A program made the translations under genes and the position numbers. From the human T2T-CHM13v2.0 reference genome, Homo sapiens, in assembly GCF_009914755.1 (NCBI RefSeq), contig NC_060926.1: a stretch of DNA of 64,000 nucleotides, one strand, 5' to 3'. The notes below the pieces were generated by a model. That model was not told the origin of the DNA and searched no databases. It was given only the letters and a program-made list of their open reading frames with translations. Below are positions 13,308 through 28,960 of this stretch, piece after piece (the first letter of the stretch is position 1; the number at the start of each line of letters is the position of its first letter).

Positions 13308-16300
13308 TAGTCATTTGATTATAGTAGTTGAGCAATTGAAAATGGATTACTCTGGTTTATTTTGTATAACACTCTGAATTTTTGAAAACTAATAACTATT
13401 CATCTACAAATGTGCCATGTAGAAAATAATAATTTTAAAATATTTGTCTATAAGCTGACACACTTAACACAAACTATAATGAAGAGAAATGAATTTTCTT
13501 TTCTTGCAGCAAATGTGATATTGGATATTGTAGGATCCAGAATCATTACTTACTGTCTCAGATAAATAAATGTTGCAGATGTTGTGATTGATTTAGATGT
13601 CTATTGACTCCATGGTGTACCTTGAAAGTTGCTTTTTAAAATATGACTTTTTTTTGAGTAATTTTAGATTCCTGGTAAAATTAAGCAGAAGGTACAGAGA
13701 TTTTTTGATATACCCTCTACTCCTACATATGCACAGTTTTTCCTACTATCAAAATCCCACACCATAATAATACATTTGTTTCATGAATGAATCTCTCATA
13801 CATTGACATTATTATCGCCCAAAGTCCATAGTTTACATTAGGGTTCACTCTTGTCGTTGTACATTCTAGGGGTTTTGACTTTGTAATCAACTTATAAACT
13901 TTATAATAGCATGCGTCCAACAGAACAGTATGATACAGAGTAATTTCCCTGCCCTAAAAATCCTCTGTCCTCCTCCTCTCTATGCCCCCTCATTAACCTC
14001 TGGCACTCACTGGTTCTTCTACTGTCTCCATAGTTTTGCCCTTTCCAGAATTTCATGTAGTTGAAATTATACAGTATGTAGCCTTATCAGATTGACTTAT
14101 TTCACCTAGTAATGTTCATTTAAGATTTCTCCATGACTATACATGGCTTGATAGCTCACTTCTTTTTAGTGCAGAATAATATTTCATTGTCTGGATATAC
14201 CATAGTTTATCCACTCACCTACTGAAGAACATCTTGGTTGCTTCAAAATTCTGGTAGTTATGAATAAAGCTGCTATAACATCTATGTGCATGTTTTTGTG
14301 TGTACGTAAGTTTTCAACTCCTTTGGGTAAATATAAAGTGCAGTTGCTGGGTCATATGGCAAAGAACATGTTCAGTTTTGCCAAATTGTCTTCCCAAGTG
14401 GTTTCCACTAACAGTTAATGAAAGTTGCAATTGCTCCACATCCTTGTCAGCTTTTTTGTATTGTCTGTGTTTTGGGTTTTGGCCATTCTAATAGTAGTAT
14501 TCTTATCTCATGGTTTTACTTTACATTTCCCTAGTGACATATGTTGAGCATCTTTTGATATGCTTATTGGCCTTCTGTATACCTTCTTCACTGAGGTGTC
14601 TGTTTTGTAATTGGGTTGCTAGTTTTCTTATTGTTACTGTATATTTTAAATAACAGTCCTTTATCGGATATATCTTTTGCAAATATATTCTCCCCATGGT
14701 GACTTGTCTTTTCATTCTCTTGGCAGTGTCTTTTACAGAGCATAAGTTTTTTATTTTAATAAAGTTTAGTTATCAATTTATTATTTCCTGGGTCGAGACT
14801 TTGGTGTTCAATATAAAAAGGCATTGCCATATTCAAGGGCATCAGACTTTTTTCCAATGATATCTTCTAAGAGTTTTATAGTTTTTCACTTTATGTGTAG
14901 TTCTGTGGTCTCTTTTGAGTTAATTGTTGTAAAGAGTATAAAGTCTGAATCTAGATTCATTTTTTTCTTGCATGTGGATGCCCAGTTGTTCCAGCACTAT
15001 TTGCTGAAAAACTATATTTGCTCCATTCTGTTCAATTTATCTATTTGTCTTCCCTTTTGCCACACTGTCTTGATTTCTGTAGCTTTATATTGTTTTGAAG
15101 TGAAGCAGTGGAAATCCTCTGACTCTGCTCTTTTCCTTTAATATTGTGTTGGCTATTCTGAGTCTTTTGCTTATCTGAATAAACATTAGAATCAGTTTGT
15201 TAATATCCACAGAATGACTTGTTACTCAATGACTTGTTGAAATTTTTATTGAGATTACATTGAATCTACAGATGATGTTGAAAAAACAATGACATTTTGA
15301 CAATGTTTTTCTATCCATGAAAATGGAATATCTCTCCATTTACTTAGTTATTTTATGATTTTATTCATCACAGTTGTGTAGTTTTTCTCATATTGATCTT
15401 ATATGTATTCGTTAGATTTATACATAAGTACTTCTTTTTGGGGGTGTTAATGTAAATGGTATAGTGTTTTTAATTTTAAACTTCACTTGATCATTGCTCG
15501 TCTATAAGAAAGCAATTGGCCTTTGTATATTACCCTTCTATCTAGCAGTCTTGCTACAATAGCTTATATGTTCCAGAAATTTTTTTGTTTATTCATTTGG
15601 ATTTTCTGTGTCAAGGATCATGTCATCTGTGAACAAAGACAGTTTTATTTATCCTTCTTCCCTTTACTTCCTTGTCTTGTCTTATTGCATTATCTAAGAC
15701 TTACAACATGACGTTGAAAAGGAATGGTGAGAGGGGACATTCTTGACTTGATTCAGAATATAGCAGTAAAACTTCTACTTTCTCACCGTTAAATATGATG
15801 TTAGCTGAAGGTTTTTTGTAGATGGTCTTTGTCAGGTTTACCAAGCTTCCCTCCATTCCTAGTTTGCTGAGAGATTTTATTATCAGTGGGTGTTGGATTT
15901 TGTCAAATACTTTTTCCACATCTATTGATATGATCATGTGATTTTTCTTTAGCCTAATGTGATGAATTACAATTGTTGATTTTCAAATGTTCAACCAACC
16001 TTGCATACCTGGGATAAATCCCACTTGGTCATGATGTTTAATTATTTTTTTTACATTGTTAGATATGATTTGCTTCAACAAAACATTTGCATCTATGTCC
16101 ACGAGAGTTATTGGTCTTAAGTTGTTGGTTTTTTTTTCTTGCAATGTCTTTGGTTTTGATATTAGGGTAATACTGGCCACATAAAATGAGTTAGGAAGTA
16201 TTTCCTCTGCTTCTATCTTCTGGAAGATATTATAGAGAAATAAAATAATTTCTTCCATAAATGTTTGATAGAATTCACCAGTAAACCCATCTGGGTCCAA

Positions 16301-18740
16301 TGCTTACTGTTTTGGAAGGTTAACTATTGATTCAATTTTTGTAATTGATATAGGCCTATTCAGATTGTCAACTTCTTGTGTGAGTTTTGGCAGATTGTGT
16401 TTTATAAGGAATTGGTCTATTTCAACTAAGTTATCAAACTTGTGGCCATACAGGTGTTCATAATATTCCTTTGTTACCTTTTTAATGGTCAATGGATCTG
16501 TAGTGATGTCTCCCTCTTTCATTTCTAATGTTGTTAGCTCATATTTCCCCCCCACCAAGCTTTTTTTCTGTAGTCTGGCTAGAGGCTTATCAATTTTATG
16601 AATTTTTTCAAATAATAACCTTTTGGTTGCATGGATTTTCTCTATTGATTTTCTGTTTTTAATTTATTTATTTATGCTCTAATTTTTATTATTTCTTTTC
16701 TTCTGGTTAGTTTAGATTTTATTTGTTTGTATTCTTCAAGTTTTCTAAGGTAGAAACTTAGATTTTTGGCTTTAGATATTTCTTCTGTTTATATATATAT
16801 ATGCAATGTTATAAATCTAAGCAGTGCTTTCTCTGTATACTACAAATTTTGATAAATTATGTTTTCATTTTCATTTATTTCAAAATATTGTTTAATTTCT
16901 CTTGAGATTTCTCCTTTGACCCATTTATTATCTTGAAGTATGTTGTTTAATCTCCAAGTATTTGGGGTTTTAAAAAATATTTTTTCATTGATTTTTAGTT
17001 TAACTCCATTGTAATCTGAGAGAAGACATTATATGATTTTATTCTACTCTTTTAAATCTGTTAAAGTGTGTTTTATGGCCCAGAATAATCCATCTTGATG
17101 ACCGTTCTATGTAAGATTGAGAAGAATGTGTATTCTGCCATTCTTGGATTAGTGAATTGATGTCAATTATATCCAGTTGATTAATGATGCTGTTGAGTTC
17201 AATTATGTCCTCACTGATTTTCTGCCTTCTAGATCACTTTATTTCTAATAAAGGGGTGCTGAAGAACCCAACTACAATAGTGGATAGATTTATTTCTTCT
17301 TGTAGTTCTATCAATTTTTGCCTACATATTTTGATGCTCTGTTGTTAGGCATAGGCAAGTTAATGATTGTTATGACTTCTTGGAGAATTGATCCCTTTAT
17401 TGTTATGTAGTGCCACTTTCTATCCCTGATAACTTTCTTTGCTCTAAAGCTGACTCTATTTGAAGTTAATATAGCCACTCCCACTTTCTTTTGATTAGTG
17501 TTAGCATAGTATGTTTTTCTATATCTTTTTACTTTTACTCTCTTTGTGTCTTTATATTTAAAGTAGGTTTCTTGTAAACAACAGGTTGGGTTTTGTGCTT
17601 TGATTTACTCTGACAATCTCTGTCTTTTAATTGATGTATTTAGACCAATGAGATTTTTCCTTAACATCAGCTATACTCTTTTTTTAAACACTTTTTTAGT
17701 GGTTGCCATACAGTTTGCCATATACATTTACAACTAACCCAAGTCCACTTTCAAAAAACACTATACTGCTTCACTGATAGTACAAACACACTATAATAAC
17801 AAAATAATTTTAATTCCTCCATCCTGTTTTTGTATCATAACTGTCATCCATTCCAGTTATACATAAATATATAGAGATATATAACCATGTATAATTAAGT
17901 ACATTTTTGCTATTATTATTTTGAACAAACTAATTCTTGGATCAATTAAGAATAAAAATGTAAAAGTTTTTGTTTTACCTTCACTTATTTTCTGATACTC
18001 TTCTTTTATTTATGTAGTACAAGTTTCTGGCATACATTACTTTTCTTCCCTCTGAAGTCTCTTTTAACATTTCTTGCAGGCCAGGTCTATTGGCAACAAA
18101 TTCTCTCATTTTTTTTTATCTGAGAAAGTCTTCATTTCTCCTTCACTCTTGAAGGATGACTTTACAGGGTACAGAATTCTAGATGGGTATGTTGTGGTTG
18201 TTTTTCTTTCACAATACTAAATATTTCACTACACTCTCTCCTTGCTTGCATGGTTTCTGAGGAGAAGTCTTATGTAATTGTTATCTTTGCTCCTCTCTAG
18301 GTAAGGTATTTTATCTTCTGACTTCCTTAAATGCAATGTTCTTTGTCTTTGATGTGATATACCTAGTTGTAGGTTTTGGGTTTTATTGTTTTGTCCTATT
18401 CTTGTCATTTATTCTGCTTGGTGTTTCTTTGAGCTCCCTGGATCTGTGGTTTGTTGTGTGATATGAATTTGGGAAAATTCTCAGTAATTAATGCTTTACA
18501 TATTTCCTCTGTTCCTTTCTCTTCTACTTTTGTTATTACCATTCTAGATATGTTATATCTGTTGTAGTTGTCCCACGGTTCTTGGATATACTCTTTTGGG
18601 CTTTTCCCATCTTTTTTCTTCATGCTTTTCCATATTGGAAGTTTCTATTAATATTTCTTCAAGCTCAGACATTTTTCCTCAGCCATATCCACTCTACTAA
18701 TGAGCCCATCAAAGGCATTCTTCATTTCTGTTACAGTGGG

Positions 18741-18916
18741 TTTTGTTGTTGTTGTTTTGTTTTGCTTTTAGAGACAGGGTCTCACTCTGTCACCCAGACT
18801 GGAGCGCAGTGATGCAATCGTAGTTCACTGATGCCTTGAACTCCTGGGCCCAAGTGATCTTCTCGCCTCAGCCTCCCAACGTCCTGGGATTACAGGCATG
18901 AGCCACCACACCTGGC
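18741..18916 (-). mobile_element. Alu monomer (FRAM/FAM-like or recombined AluJ) inserted in L1
   Basis: Single ~145-bp arm plus tail; degenerate TSD ttacagtg/ttatagtg. Confidence 0.85.
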
Positions 18917-19163
18917 TTTTTATAGTGATTTTTGTCTTTGGTATTTCTTTTTGGTTCTATCTTGGAATTTCTATCTCTCTGCCTACATTGCCCATCTATT
19001 CTTACATGTGTCTGCTTTATCCATTAGAGTCCTTGGCCTATAAGTCATAGTTTTAAAATTCTGAGTCTGATAATTTCAACATCCCCGCCATATCTGAGTC
19101 TGGTTCTGATACTCTTTCTGTTCTTTCAAACTATATTTTTTGCCTTTTAATATGCCTTGTAAG

Positions 19164-19188
19164 TTTTTTTTTTTTTTTTTTTTTTTTT
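19164..19188. repeat. poly(T)25
   Basis: Direct reading. Confidence 0.95.
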
Positions 19189-19846
19189 ACAGCCAGACTT
19201 CTTGTACTGGGTGAAAGGGACTGTGGTACATAGGCATTTAGTGATGTGGTGGTAAGGTATGGAGAGAGGGGGGGTGTTCTATAGTTCTATGATTATGTCT
19301 CAGTCTTTTAGTGGGCCTGTGCCCCTGAACTGTGAACTTCACAGGTACTTCTGAGTCAGCCCCAACTTAGATGGGGCAGGATAACTACAGTGGGTAGGAA
19401 TTGGGTCTTTCCCTTTTTCCTAGTCATTTAGACTCTGACAAAATCCCAATAGTTTGGCTCTGAAAAAATAGTTTCTCTTGAGGGAAGTCCTTGTTAAGAA
19501 GAACAGAATGTCCTGTCATATTTCAAAATGATTCCTTCTCTCTTTTCTTGTCTGAAGCATGAGGAAATTTTTCTCCAATATTTACTGTGAGAACCTGGTT
19601 AAGTTCCTGGAGGTAAACTCACTTAAGTGTAGGGCCTCTTCTATGACTGGGGTCCCCTGGATTTTTTTAAATCTCAGGAGTGTCTAGTCTTCACCTCTGG
19701 CCATTCATCAAGGACAGTTCATGTTCTCTTACCCCCAAAACTAGTTCTTAAGGAGGTTTCTGCTAGGGGGCTTCTGCCCTAGTAGTTGTGATTATCTGTA
19801 TCTGCCTGTCTGTCTCCAATTTTGGGGGGAGCAGTTTGCCTTGTGA

Positions 19847-20279
<433 letters not shown>

Positions 20280-20299
20280 CACAGCTGTTTTTTAGATAA

Positions 20300-20644
<345 letters not shown>

Positions 20645-20799
20645 TGAGTTGTATTTTATTTTAATTTTATCTAGTTGCAGTTTTAATATTTATTGAATAA
20701 TGATTACAGACAATTTAAATTGATATTTATAACTTTATAATACCAATCTCAGATATAAAGCAAGTCATATCATCATGCCATCATATTCCTTTACTATTG

Positions 20800-21170
20800 G
20801 TCATTTCTTTACTATTTTAGTTGAAAACAACAGAAACTTTCTCTCATTATCTTAAACAGACAAGGAATTTATTGGAAGGCTGTAAACACAAATAATATCC
20901 AGAAAGACTGGGACACAAGGCCTGGCAAGAATCCAAGACAGGAAAGGCACAGCCCAAATCTTCTATTTCTGTTTAGAATGTCACCTAAGGACACCTAAAA
21001 ACTACAGAGGATAACACTGCTAAATCCTTAAGTCCACCAGATTTTCTATAAAAATAACCCTGATCAGACTGATTGCCTTTGTCACCTGCTCACAAGATTC
21101 AAACTCTCAGATAGAAACACCTGACTAGGCACACATAGCTCACTTGTCCTCCTCTCTGGAAGGAGGTAGA
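20800..21170 (-). mobile_element. Old MaLR LTR fragment (MLT1-like)
   Basis: agttgaaaacaacagaaac...ggaatttattggaagg motif typical of reverse MLT1J/K/L/N. Confidence 0.5.
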
Positions 21171-21682
21171 GGTGAATTATTTGCCAACACTTCTATCATT
21201 ACCATTGGGTTCCCATGCATTTGATTATGCCTTCCTGTCCCATTTATAGAGACCAGAACTAAGCAGCACAGCCAAAACAACAAATGCCTCTGTACTTTTT
21301 TATTTGACCATGGGGAAATAAGTTGGCATTTCTAGTCTAAATAAATAAGGTGCTGAAATGTACAGAGTCCACTCTTGGCATAGGATTTGACATAAACAGT
21401 ATGCGTTAAATAAATGTTTGTTGAATTGAATTCTGTGTAAATAGAGGCAGTATTACAAATAATGAAAAATGTTGCAAACTGTGAGCATCATTTACATTTG
21501 CCATTGGAATTTACTATGTGATTTTTATAACAAATTTACCCCTAATTGTGCTTAAACTAGTAAAAAACATAAATCTATATTAGTAATAAAAATAAAACTA
21601 GCAATTCTCTGAGCTTATACCACCCAGTCATCATGGAGGAAGGTAGCTCAGAAGCCTGCTGAGTGGCATTAACCATTTACAC

Positions 21683-21902
21683 CAAGCTTGTTCAACCCAC
21701 GGCCTGAGGGCTGCATGCGGCCTAGAACGGCTTTGAATGTAGCCCAACACAAATGTATAAACTTTCTTAAAACATTATGAGGTATTTTTGCAATTTTTTT
21801 AGCTCATCTGCTATGGTTAATGTTCATGTATTTTATGTGTGGTCCAACACAATTCTTCTTCTTCCACTGTGGCCCAGGGAAGCCAAAAGATTGGACACCC
21901 CG
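21683..21902 (-). mobile_element. MER30 (hAT-Charlie MITE), complete
   Basis: Ends caagcttg... and ...gggaagccaaaagattggacacccc; 8-bp TSD atttacac/atctacac. Confidence 0.92.
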
Positions 21903-23069
21903 ATCTACACAGAGATAATCAAAGGCTGGTTAACCAAAGATTAAGACATTTCCAAGAGTTTATTGTGGTTGGAAGGACCTCTAGAGTCAGAGGTTTGGGC
22001 ACAACTTTGAAGTTGCTTATCAGAAGCTTTTTAGAAAATATCTGAACTTGTTTGGTCAGAAAATTGGGCTGTAAGCCCCATGATACTACATATTTCTCAT
22101 AAGGTATCAAGAATGGATAGGTTTAAATTAGGTTGAAAATTTTGCAAGAATGGCACTTTTTACAGTATTGCAGTATTTCTAACTGCCACCTATCCTAATC
22201 CCAGGCCATGCATGTATAGCTTCATGAAATGTGCAGCATCAAATAAATTACCAGGCTTTTTGAACTTTGAAAAGTGACAAAAAAAAATAAGAAAACTCTT
22301 GACTTGAGAGAGTTAAAGTTTAGATATTCCTTTAGAGTTAAGCCAAATTGCTCAACCCTTATCACAGTGTAGCTACCCAGTGTGAAAGCCTTAAATAAAT
22401 AAGTTATCTATGTAAGCTTGTCGCTTCAATTTTTATAAGTGTTCTTTTTGTCTCTGGGCCCATATACCATATCACACTTACATCTCTGTCTTTCTATGCT
22501 ACAGGCTACAAACTGTATTACAGTAGAGTTTCAAAACTGCCAGGCATCATGAGAAAGGTAATATGCACATAAGGGAAAACCACAGGAGCTTATATCTTTC
22601 CCTTGTATCTCATTTTCACTGGTTCTTCAAGTTGTTCTGTTTGTACACCCAGCCTATACCATAGGGCAGCACCCTGATGTCTGTCTAAAGAGTCACTTGA
22701 AGAACAAATAGCTAAAAGCTAGTTTGGACTGTAAATCAATATGCCCCTGCACTAGTAAGGTCTTTTTTGCATTTGTTTTTAACTGGGATTGAAGTTTAAA
22801 ATAATTTCCATGAGAATAAGAGTTAGAAACTCTCGTCGTTAATCAAATGCATTTAATTATAGGATAATAATTGCTTCCAATAAAAGAAAAATATGAAAAT
22901 ATTTGAACTTTAGCGGAGGATGAGTTGGGAATATTCTATCAAAAGAAGAAAATAAGGATTAATGAATCTAAGAAAAGCTAAATTTCAAAAAAAGAGAAAT
23001 TGTAGTTATTCATTTCTTGCAAACTTTCTAGTTATTTGTCATGGTGCAAGTAAAAATAAACGCATGTAG

Positions 23070-23220
23070 GAAGCATTCAGTAATTTGTATTGAGCACCTA
23101 TTTTTGCCAGGAGCTTGTATTCTGTGCTGATGATATTCAAATAAAAAACCAGTCTCCACTTTCAAGAGGTCGCCTTTTACTGTAGGGAAACAAAGATAAA
23201 TATACAAATAAATAAAACAT
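23070..23220 (-). mobile_element. L2 3' fragment
   Basis: cattcagtaatttgtattgagcacctatttttgccagg. Confidence 0.65.
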
Positions 23221-24769
23221 ACTTCATTTTAAAGAATATTATCTTTATAGGAGGTGTGAATTATTTTTTTAAAAGCTGATATTATTCAGAATTACATATT
23301 TTAATGTTTCCATAGAATTAGCCAAGTATCATTTTATTCAATTTAACTTTGGAGAAAAAAACCAATCTCAAGCTCTACAAATCTAGGTTCCATACCATTT
23401 TGCATCATCAGGGCTTGGGGGTTTGTTTGTTTTGGTTTTTACCTGGAAACCAAAAGAGAAATTCCATGTCTCCTCACATTTCAGAAATCTTTTGAGTAAC
23501 AACAAGATTGTATTTTCATATCTTTCAAGAACAACAACGGTTTAGTTAGTAATAGACAGTTGACTTAGATACAATCCGGTCCTTGCCTGGGAGATTCTAT
23601 CAATAAAGAGAAAATGAAACACACTAAGAAAAGGTGTATGACTCACATTTTGGGAAAGTAGCTGTTGTTAGTTTCAATTTTCTTCAATTAGGATGGATGT
23701 TAGTCAGGATGTTAACCCTGTCATTCTGGCTTAAGTCCAACTTGGGTAATTACATTCTGCCTACTTAGATCTTCTTTGGGCCCAAAGACATTCTTCATTC
23801 CCACTTCACACTGTTTTGTGATATTGCTGCACATAGCTAAATAGATGCCACATTTAACCCTGGGGATGGTGGCATCTCTGTGGTGAAACCTTGATCCTTC
23901 TGCAAAGTATCAGTATAAATTCACTTTTAGGGTAAAGGTTTTAGAACACGTAATGTAATAAAGTAAAAGAAGCCATATGGCATTCTTAACGGAAGATACA
24001 GGGAAAAAAAATCCAATAGAATGAATTGTCTCTGACAGGGTCTCTGCAGTAATGGGAGATTCTTTTAGCTGGGCCTGGCTGCAAATGGAAGATCATTATC
24101 ACCAGATCTTTAAAATACCAAAAGCAAAATATGAAGAGATTTAAAGTCACCTTTAAAATCACCCCAAAAGTTCAGTCTCAATTATCTACAATCAATGTCA
24201 TTCTCCTCGACTAGAAATTGGTACCAGAGAATAAATTCTAAAAAGAGGAAATTTTAAAAGTACAATTGATGCTGACAGTTTATCAATGGAAGTGCGTTGC
24301 TAAACCACGCTCATCTATGCACCAACCCTCTGTTTATTTCTCTGCTCCACCTGCTATGCACTTTTGCCACATTTTTGTAGGGACACCAGACATTGCTCAA
24401 GAGTAATTACTACAAATACTTAAAACCCTTCCTTCAGGATTACATTTAGAGATATGCATTGAGCTCCATGTACTGTAAGATGGCAAACATTTTTACAAAC
24501 ATTTAAAATTCCCAAGGAAAACAAGCTTCTCTCTGTAATACCTATGAATAAAGCCACTGAGGATTTACATTCCTTAAATTTAAACAACTCCATTTTAATG
24601 ATAATAAATATATGTACACTGTTATACAATTACCCATATAACATGATTATCGATTTTAAGACATATTAAGTAAAGTATTGACAAACTGACAAGAAAAAAA
24701 CATGAAATGCCAGTAAATAATTGGACAACGGATCAACACAGGTGACTTATAAAAATAAAAAGAGGCTGG

Positions 24770-25815
<1,046 letters not shown>

Positions 25816-27370
25816 CTCCAGAGAACTTATATTTATTTGAGGAGATAAACAATAAATAATAAATGCAATATATAAGTTATTTATATAGTATGTTAGAGGA
25901 TTATAAGTGCTAAAGAAGGAAAAAGAAAAAGTAGGGCAGGGTAGGAGGGAATGGAATTGCTAAGGAGTGGCAGGCTGTGATATTCAGTAAGGTAGTCAAA
26001 GTGGGCCTCATTCAAAAGGTGATATTTGAGCAAAGCTTAAAGAAAGTAAGAAAGATAGCACCACAAGCACCCATGGAAAGAGAATTCCAGGCTAGAGGTA
26101 GAGCCACAGCAAAGGCCCTTAGGTAAGAACGTGCCTGTGATGTTCAAGGAATGGCACAAAAGTCAATATTGTCCACGCAGAGTGAGCAAAGGGTAAGAGG
26201 AGATTAGTAAGGCAAAAGATAGGCAGAGCATGGAGCATCTGGGGCATTGTAATGGCTACACTTACACTTGGAGTGACATGGGGAGCTGGAGATGTGAGTT
26301 TTGGGCAGAAGAATGCCATATTATAACAGTGTTGATCTAGCTGCTGTGTTGAAAATAAAATGTTTTGGGCAAGAGCAGAAACAGAGAGGCCTGTTAAATA
26401 AGATATTATGGCTATGCAGGCAAGAGATGATGGTGGGTTGTATCAGTATGACAGCAGAGGAAGTGATGAGAAGTGATCCAATTATTAAAATGTTTTACTA
26501 TTTACAATTTTACAGTTTATTTACCCCAAACCTCAGCATCATGCAGTATACCCATGTAACAAAGCTGTACATGTACTCCCTAAATCTAAAATGAAGGTTG
26601 AAATTATTATTAAAAAAAATTGGAGACAAAAGTCAACAGAATTTTTTAATGAATTGGATTGGGGGAATGGGATTAAAGGAATAGGAAAAGTGAAACTCAT
26701 AGATGACTCTAATGTTTTTGACCTGAGCAACTGGGAAATCAAAGTTGAGACCCATCAAGGATGGGAAGGCAGAAGGAACAAGATTCAAAATGAGAGAGAT
26801 CAGGAATTCTGTTTTAGGCATGTGATGTGAAATGTCTATTAGATATGGACAGGGAGGTGTTGAACAGGTAGTCAAATATATTAGTCTACAGTCCACAGCA
26901 GAGGCCTAGGCTGGAGATACAAATCTAAGAGTCATCAGCTTACAGTAAGATTATGAAGTGACAACTCTGGATGAGATCACCAGGAAAGTGGGTGTACACA
27001 GAAAGGAGAAGTGATCCAATAACAGAACCCTGGGGTTCTCCGGTTCTCCAGTATTAAGAGTTAGAGTAGAAGAGGAAGAATCAGAAAGGAGGAATCAATG
27101 AGGTAGGAAAGAATGCATGATGTTCCTGAATTTGAATGAAGACAGTATATGAAAAAAAGCAGTGATCAACTATATTAAGTGATGGTGATAATTAAGATGA
27201 AGACTGAATTGATAATGGGGTTTAGTAATGTAGAGGTCACTGGAAACAGATTAAAGCAATGTTTGTGAAGTGGTGGGAATGAAATCTTGTTTAGACTGGG
27301 TTTAAGATAGTATGGTAAAAGAAGAACTCAGCCATCGATATCAAAGACAATCACTTCAAGAATAAAGTAT
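25816..27370 (-). mobile_element. L2a, long fragment
   Basis: Continuous L2-like purine-rich sequence (aggtgatatttgagcaaag, ttgacctgagcaactggg, ggctggagatacaaatctaagagtcatcagc). Confidence 0.85.
26523..26619 (+). mobile_element. Severely 5'-truncated L1 (old L1PA/L1PB 3' end) inside L2
   Basis: accccaaacctcagcatcatgcagtatacccatgtaacaaag...tctaaaat plus A tail. Confidence 0.8.
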
Positions 27371-27885
27371 TTTTATTGTCTATGAATAGCCCTGTTAGTT
27401 ACTATCTTTCATTCTATTTTCTTCTGTTTCAGCTAGATTTGGAAAATGTATGCCTAAGTTGCATAATGGCTCTAACACAATTTTATTTAGCTCCAACATA
27501 GAAGTATGTAAAAAAATTTCTGCCTAAATTTCATGCCCTCATGATTAGTAGTTGAATTTACTGCAGTGTCACTCATATGATCTTAATCAGTATTACTATT
27601 AGAAGAAAAACAAATATACAATTGGCTTTGCCCATTCATAAAGCTTGAAGCATTTAACTATTCTTATTTAAATATGCTGGAATCCCATTTCAACATTGAG
27701 CCCTGTGTGGAGCATTAGCTTTGGTATTTAGGACTCACTTCTTAGGTTTCACATCCATAGAGGAAGTGTGGCAGAGGAAGGTAAACCCTATTCTGCAGAG
27801 GCTGCCCTGAATACCCAGGTATCATCAAGCCAACACAGATGGAGTAGGGGAAATTCTTTGCCAATTCTAAAAAAATAGCATTCTA

Positions 27886-28243
<358 letters not shown>

Positions 28244-28724
28244 TTAAATAGCCTCTAACACTTCAGCAGAGATCAAAAGGAGGCCATTGATTCAGTTCTT
28301 AAAAGCAGTGGGGGTGTTGCTGGGAATGGGTAGGACAAAGTAGCAAAAAAAAAAAAAGAAAAGAAAAAAGAAAATTATAAAAAGAAGAAATTTAAAAGAA
28401 CAAACTAAGGATACTAAAACATTAAAAAAAAATTTATCTACTTAACAGCATGGCGTGTGACCAATCCTTCCAAAACTAGCTTATACACCATCACTAGAAT
28501 TCCTATTCTCCTTATAGCCTCCAGCTCACTTCCTTAAGTTGCTAGGAAGAATTTCACAGGCATGATACAATCTTTATTTACTTCTGTTCGACTGTATTCT
28601 AAAAGGTATTTGAGGTACCTGAAGTAACATGACAACACCAAGATGGAAATCAAAATAAGGCACAAAACAAACAAAAACACAAAAATAAAGGTATCAGGGC
28701 AAAAGGAAAATCATATAAATCATA

Positions 28725-28960
28725 ATTATTCTAATGATAGGTTTTTCATGTGCCATGTACTGTTAGACACTATAAATAAATCATCTTATTTAATCTCAGC
28801 TACTCTGTAAGGAAGGTATTTTTAGTTTCTTATTTTCAGATGAGAAAACAAAAACTTAGAAAATTCAACTCACTGGCCTAAGGTCACAGGGCCAGCAAAT
28901 ACCAAGAGTTGAGATTCCGGTCTCTGGTTGGCTGACTCCAAAGTTGATACTCGTAACCAT
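28725..28960 (-). mobile_element. MIR SINE
   Basis: ttttcagatgagaaaac...cctaaggtcacag...ctgactccaaag. Confidence 0.8.

Noticed and set aside
14521-18623. Reverse-transcriptase-like ORFs
   Set aside because: Fragmented L1 ORF2/ORF1 remnants with stops and frameshifts; not an active or novel RT system
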